Source of the DNA: Prorocentrum cordatum
Lineage: Eukaryota
NCBI GenBank assembly: GCA_963575745.1
Contig: CAUYUJ010000147.1
Location: forward strand, 1 to 64,000
Direction: 5' to 3'
Length of the DNA stretch: 64,000 nt
The notes beneath the pieces are model-generated. The model made no database searches. It saw only the letters and a program-made list of their open reading frames with translations, and was not told the origin of the DNA. A program made the position numbers and the translations under genes. Positions 62,791-64,000 of this stretch are shown here, piece by piece; position 1 is the stretch's first letter; each line of letters opens with the position of its first letter.

Positions 62791-64000
62791 GGCAAAGGAA
62801 AGCAGACTCGAAAGGATGAGAGGAGAAGAAGAGACGAGGGGCGCTGCCTCTTCAAAACGAGGACCCAACGTCCCGCAAGCTATGGAGATGAGGTCATTCA
62901 ACGCATAGTCTGAGACCGGATTCACTCTCAAAACTATGACCTTGCCGCTGCAACGCCGGAGCTTCGCGGCCCTTCGCCTGGACAGCTGAGCGCCTGAGTC
63001 CCAACGAGGAAATACCTACCATTTCAGAGCTGCCTTTTTTTCTGCGCTCCCAACAGCGCGCCAGCTTGCCCCCGTACAAGTCTGAAGGGTTGGAGCGCAC
63101 AGTGCAGCCACCGCACTAACATCAGATGTAACACACCTGGCTCTGACCACCGTAAGTCGTTTGCCCTGTGCCTCCACATCCTTGGCACGTCAAGGATACT
63201 AACCTGGGAGAGCTGGGGTTGAAATTTCGACGAGTATCACATGAGGACACAGACGATAATCCAACCGAAGGCAACTTGTAACGCCTCGCTGTGTGGCACC
63301 TCCGAAAGGCTCCCAATGAATACAAGAAACATCCACGCTCTGCCCGGGGATTCTGACACGCACGACAAGACATCAAGCCATAACCTGAACGGACAAGGGA
63401 GATCCCCTTCGGCTGCGGTCGGGACAGGCCCCCAATCTGATGACGAACGATTTAGAAACCCACGTGGCTTGATTCCAGTACGTAATAGGCTGCGGCCGCT
63501 TCTAGAAGACTTTCGCCCGCCATTCAGGTTGGGGGTGCTCTGAAGGTACATGCGTACACAATGTCTCGAATACGGGGGCGGAGGAGGAGGAGTGGGAGGA
63601 CGATGTGCTCCACGTGCTAAGAACCGCACATCCATTGTGTCCAGACGGGTCTGGATTGCTTCCACTGCTTCACGTCAGGGGTGGCTCGAACCGTTTATCT
63701 GGCCTACTTTTGAAACGCATGGTGCCACAAGGGGCACGATGGTGCTTCGCGTCATCTGATCACAGTCGGTCCATGGGACCCTACCAGACTCTTGTTTGGC
63801 GATTGATCCCGTGCCACCCGCAACCATGGTGACGACAGATGCGGGATTCCCTGAATTATCGCACGGGCACGTAATCCAGGAAATCAGTCCAACATTGCAC
63901 GATGAACAACTAATTAGCCTGAGGTCGGGCACGTCCACCTACAGGCGGAGTTTGGAAGAAAAACAAGACATAGTCAAAAGTATCCAATGATAGTCAAACA

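Overview
Eukaryotic, GC-rich, repeat-saturated DNA, most consistent with a dinoflagellate nuclear genome. The evidence is GC/GA/GT splice donors with AG|G junctions, relics resembling the dinoflagellate spliced leader (SL), and MKRPAA-type motifs; the taxon is inferred. No intact host gene, RNA gene or CRISPR array was found; the window is a stack of nested, mostly decayed mobile elements. (1) 1-7 kb: two different minus-strand LINEs joined at a (GA)n tract. (2) ~9.9-20 kb: a repeat-poor, minus-strand block of broken ORFs with a putative tyrosine recombinase and no RT seen. (3) 20-24.8 kb: a plus-strand LINE with an internal inversion and a MITE insertion. (4) 24813-53251: a ~28 kb segment bounded by matching TIRs and subterminal repeats. 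It holds a decayed CMC/EnSpm-like transposase and two cryptic multi-exon genes whose introns are microsatellite, plus nested Helentron/Helitron2-like non-autonomous elements. (5) 53.4-57.7 kb: two divergent DIRS-like retroelements, each preceded by an SL-like relic and a small CPxCP/transmembrane ORF. (6) 57.8-64 kb: satellites and unidentified decayed coding-like sequence. Most long ORFs in the supplied track are microsatellite read-through. All family assignments come from motif recognition by eye; no database searches were run.
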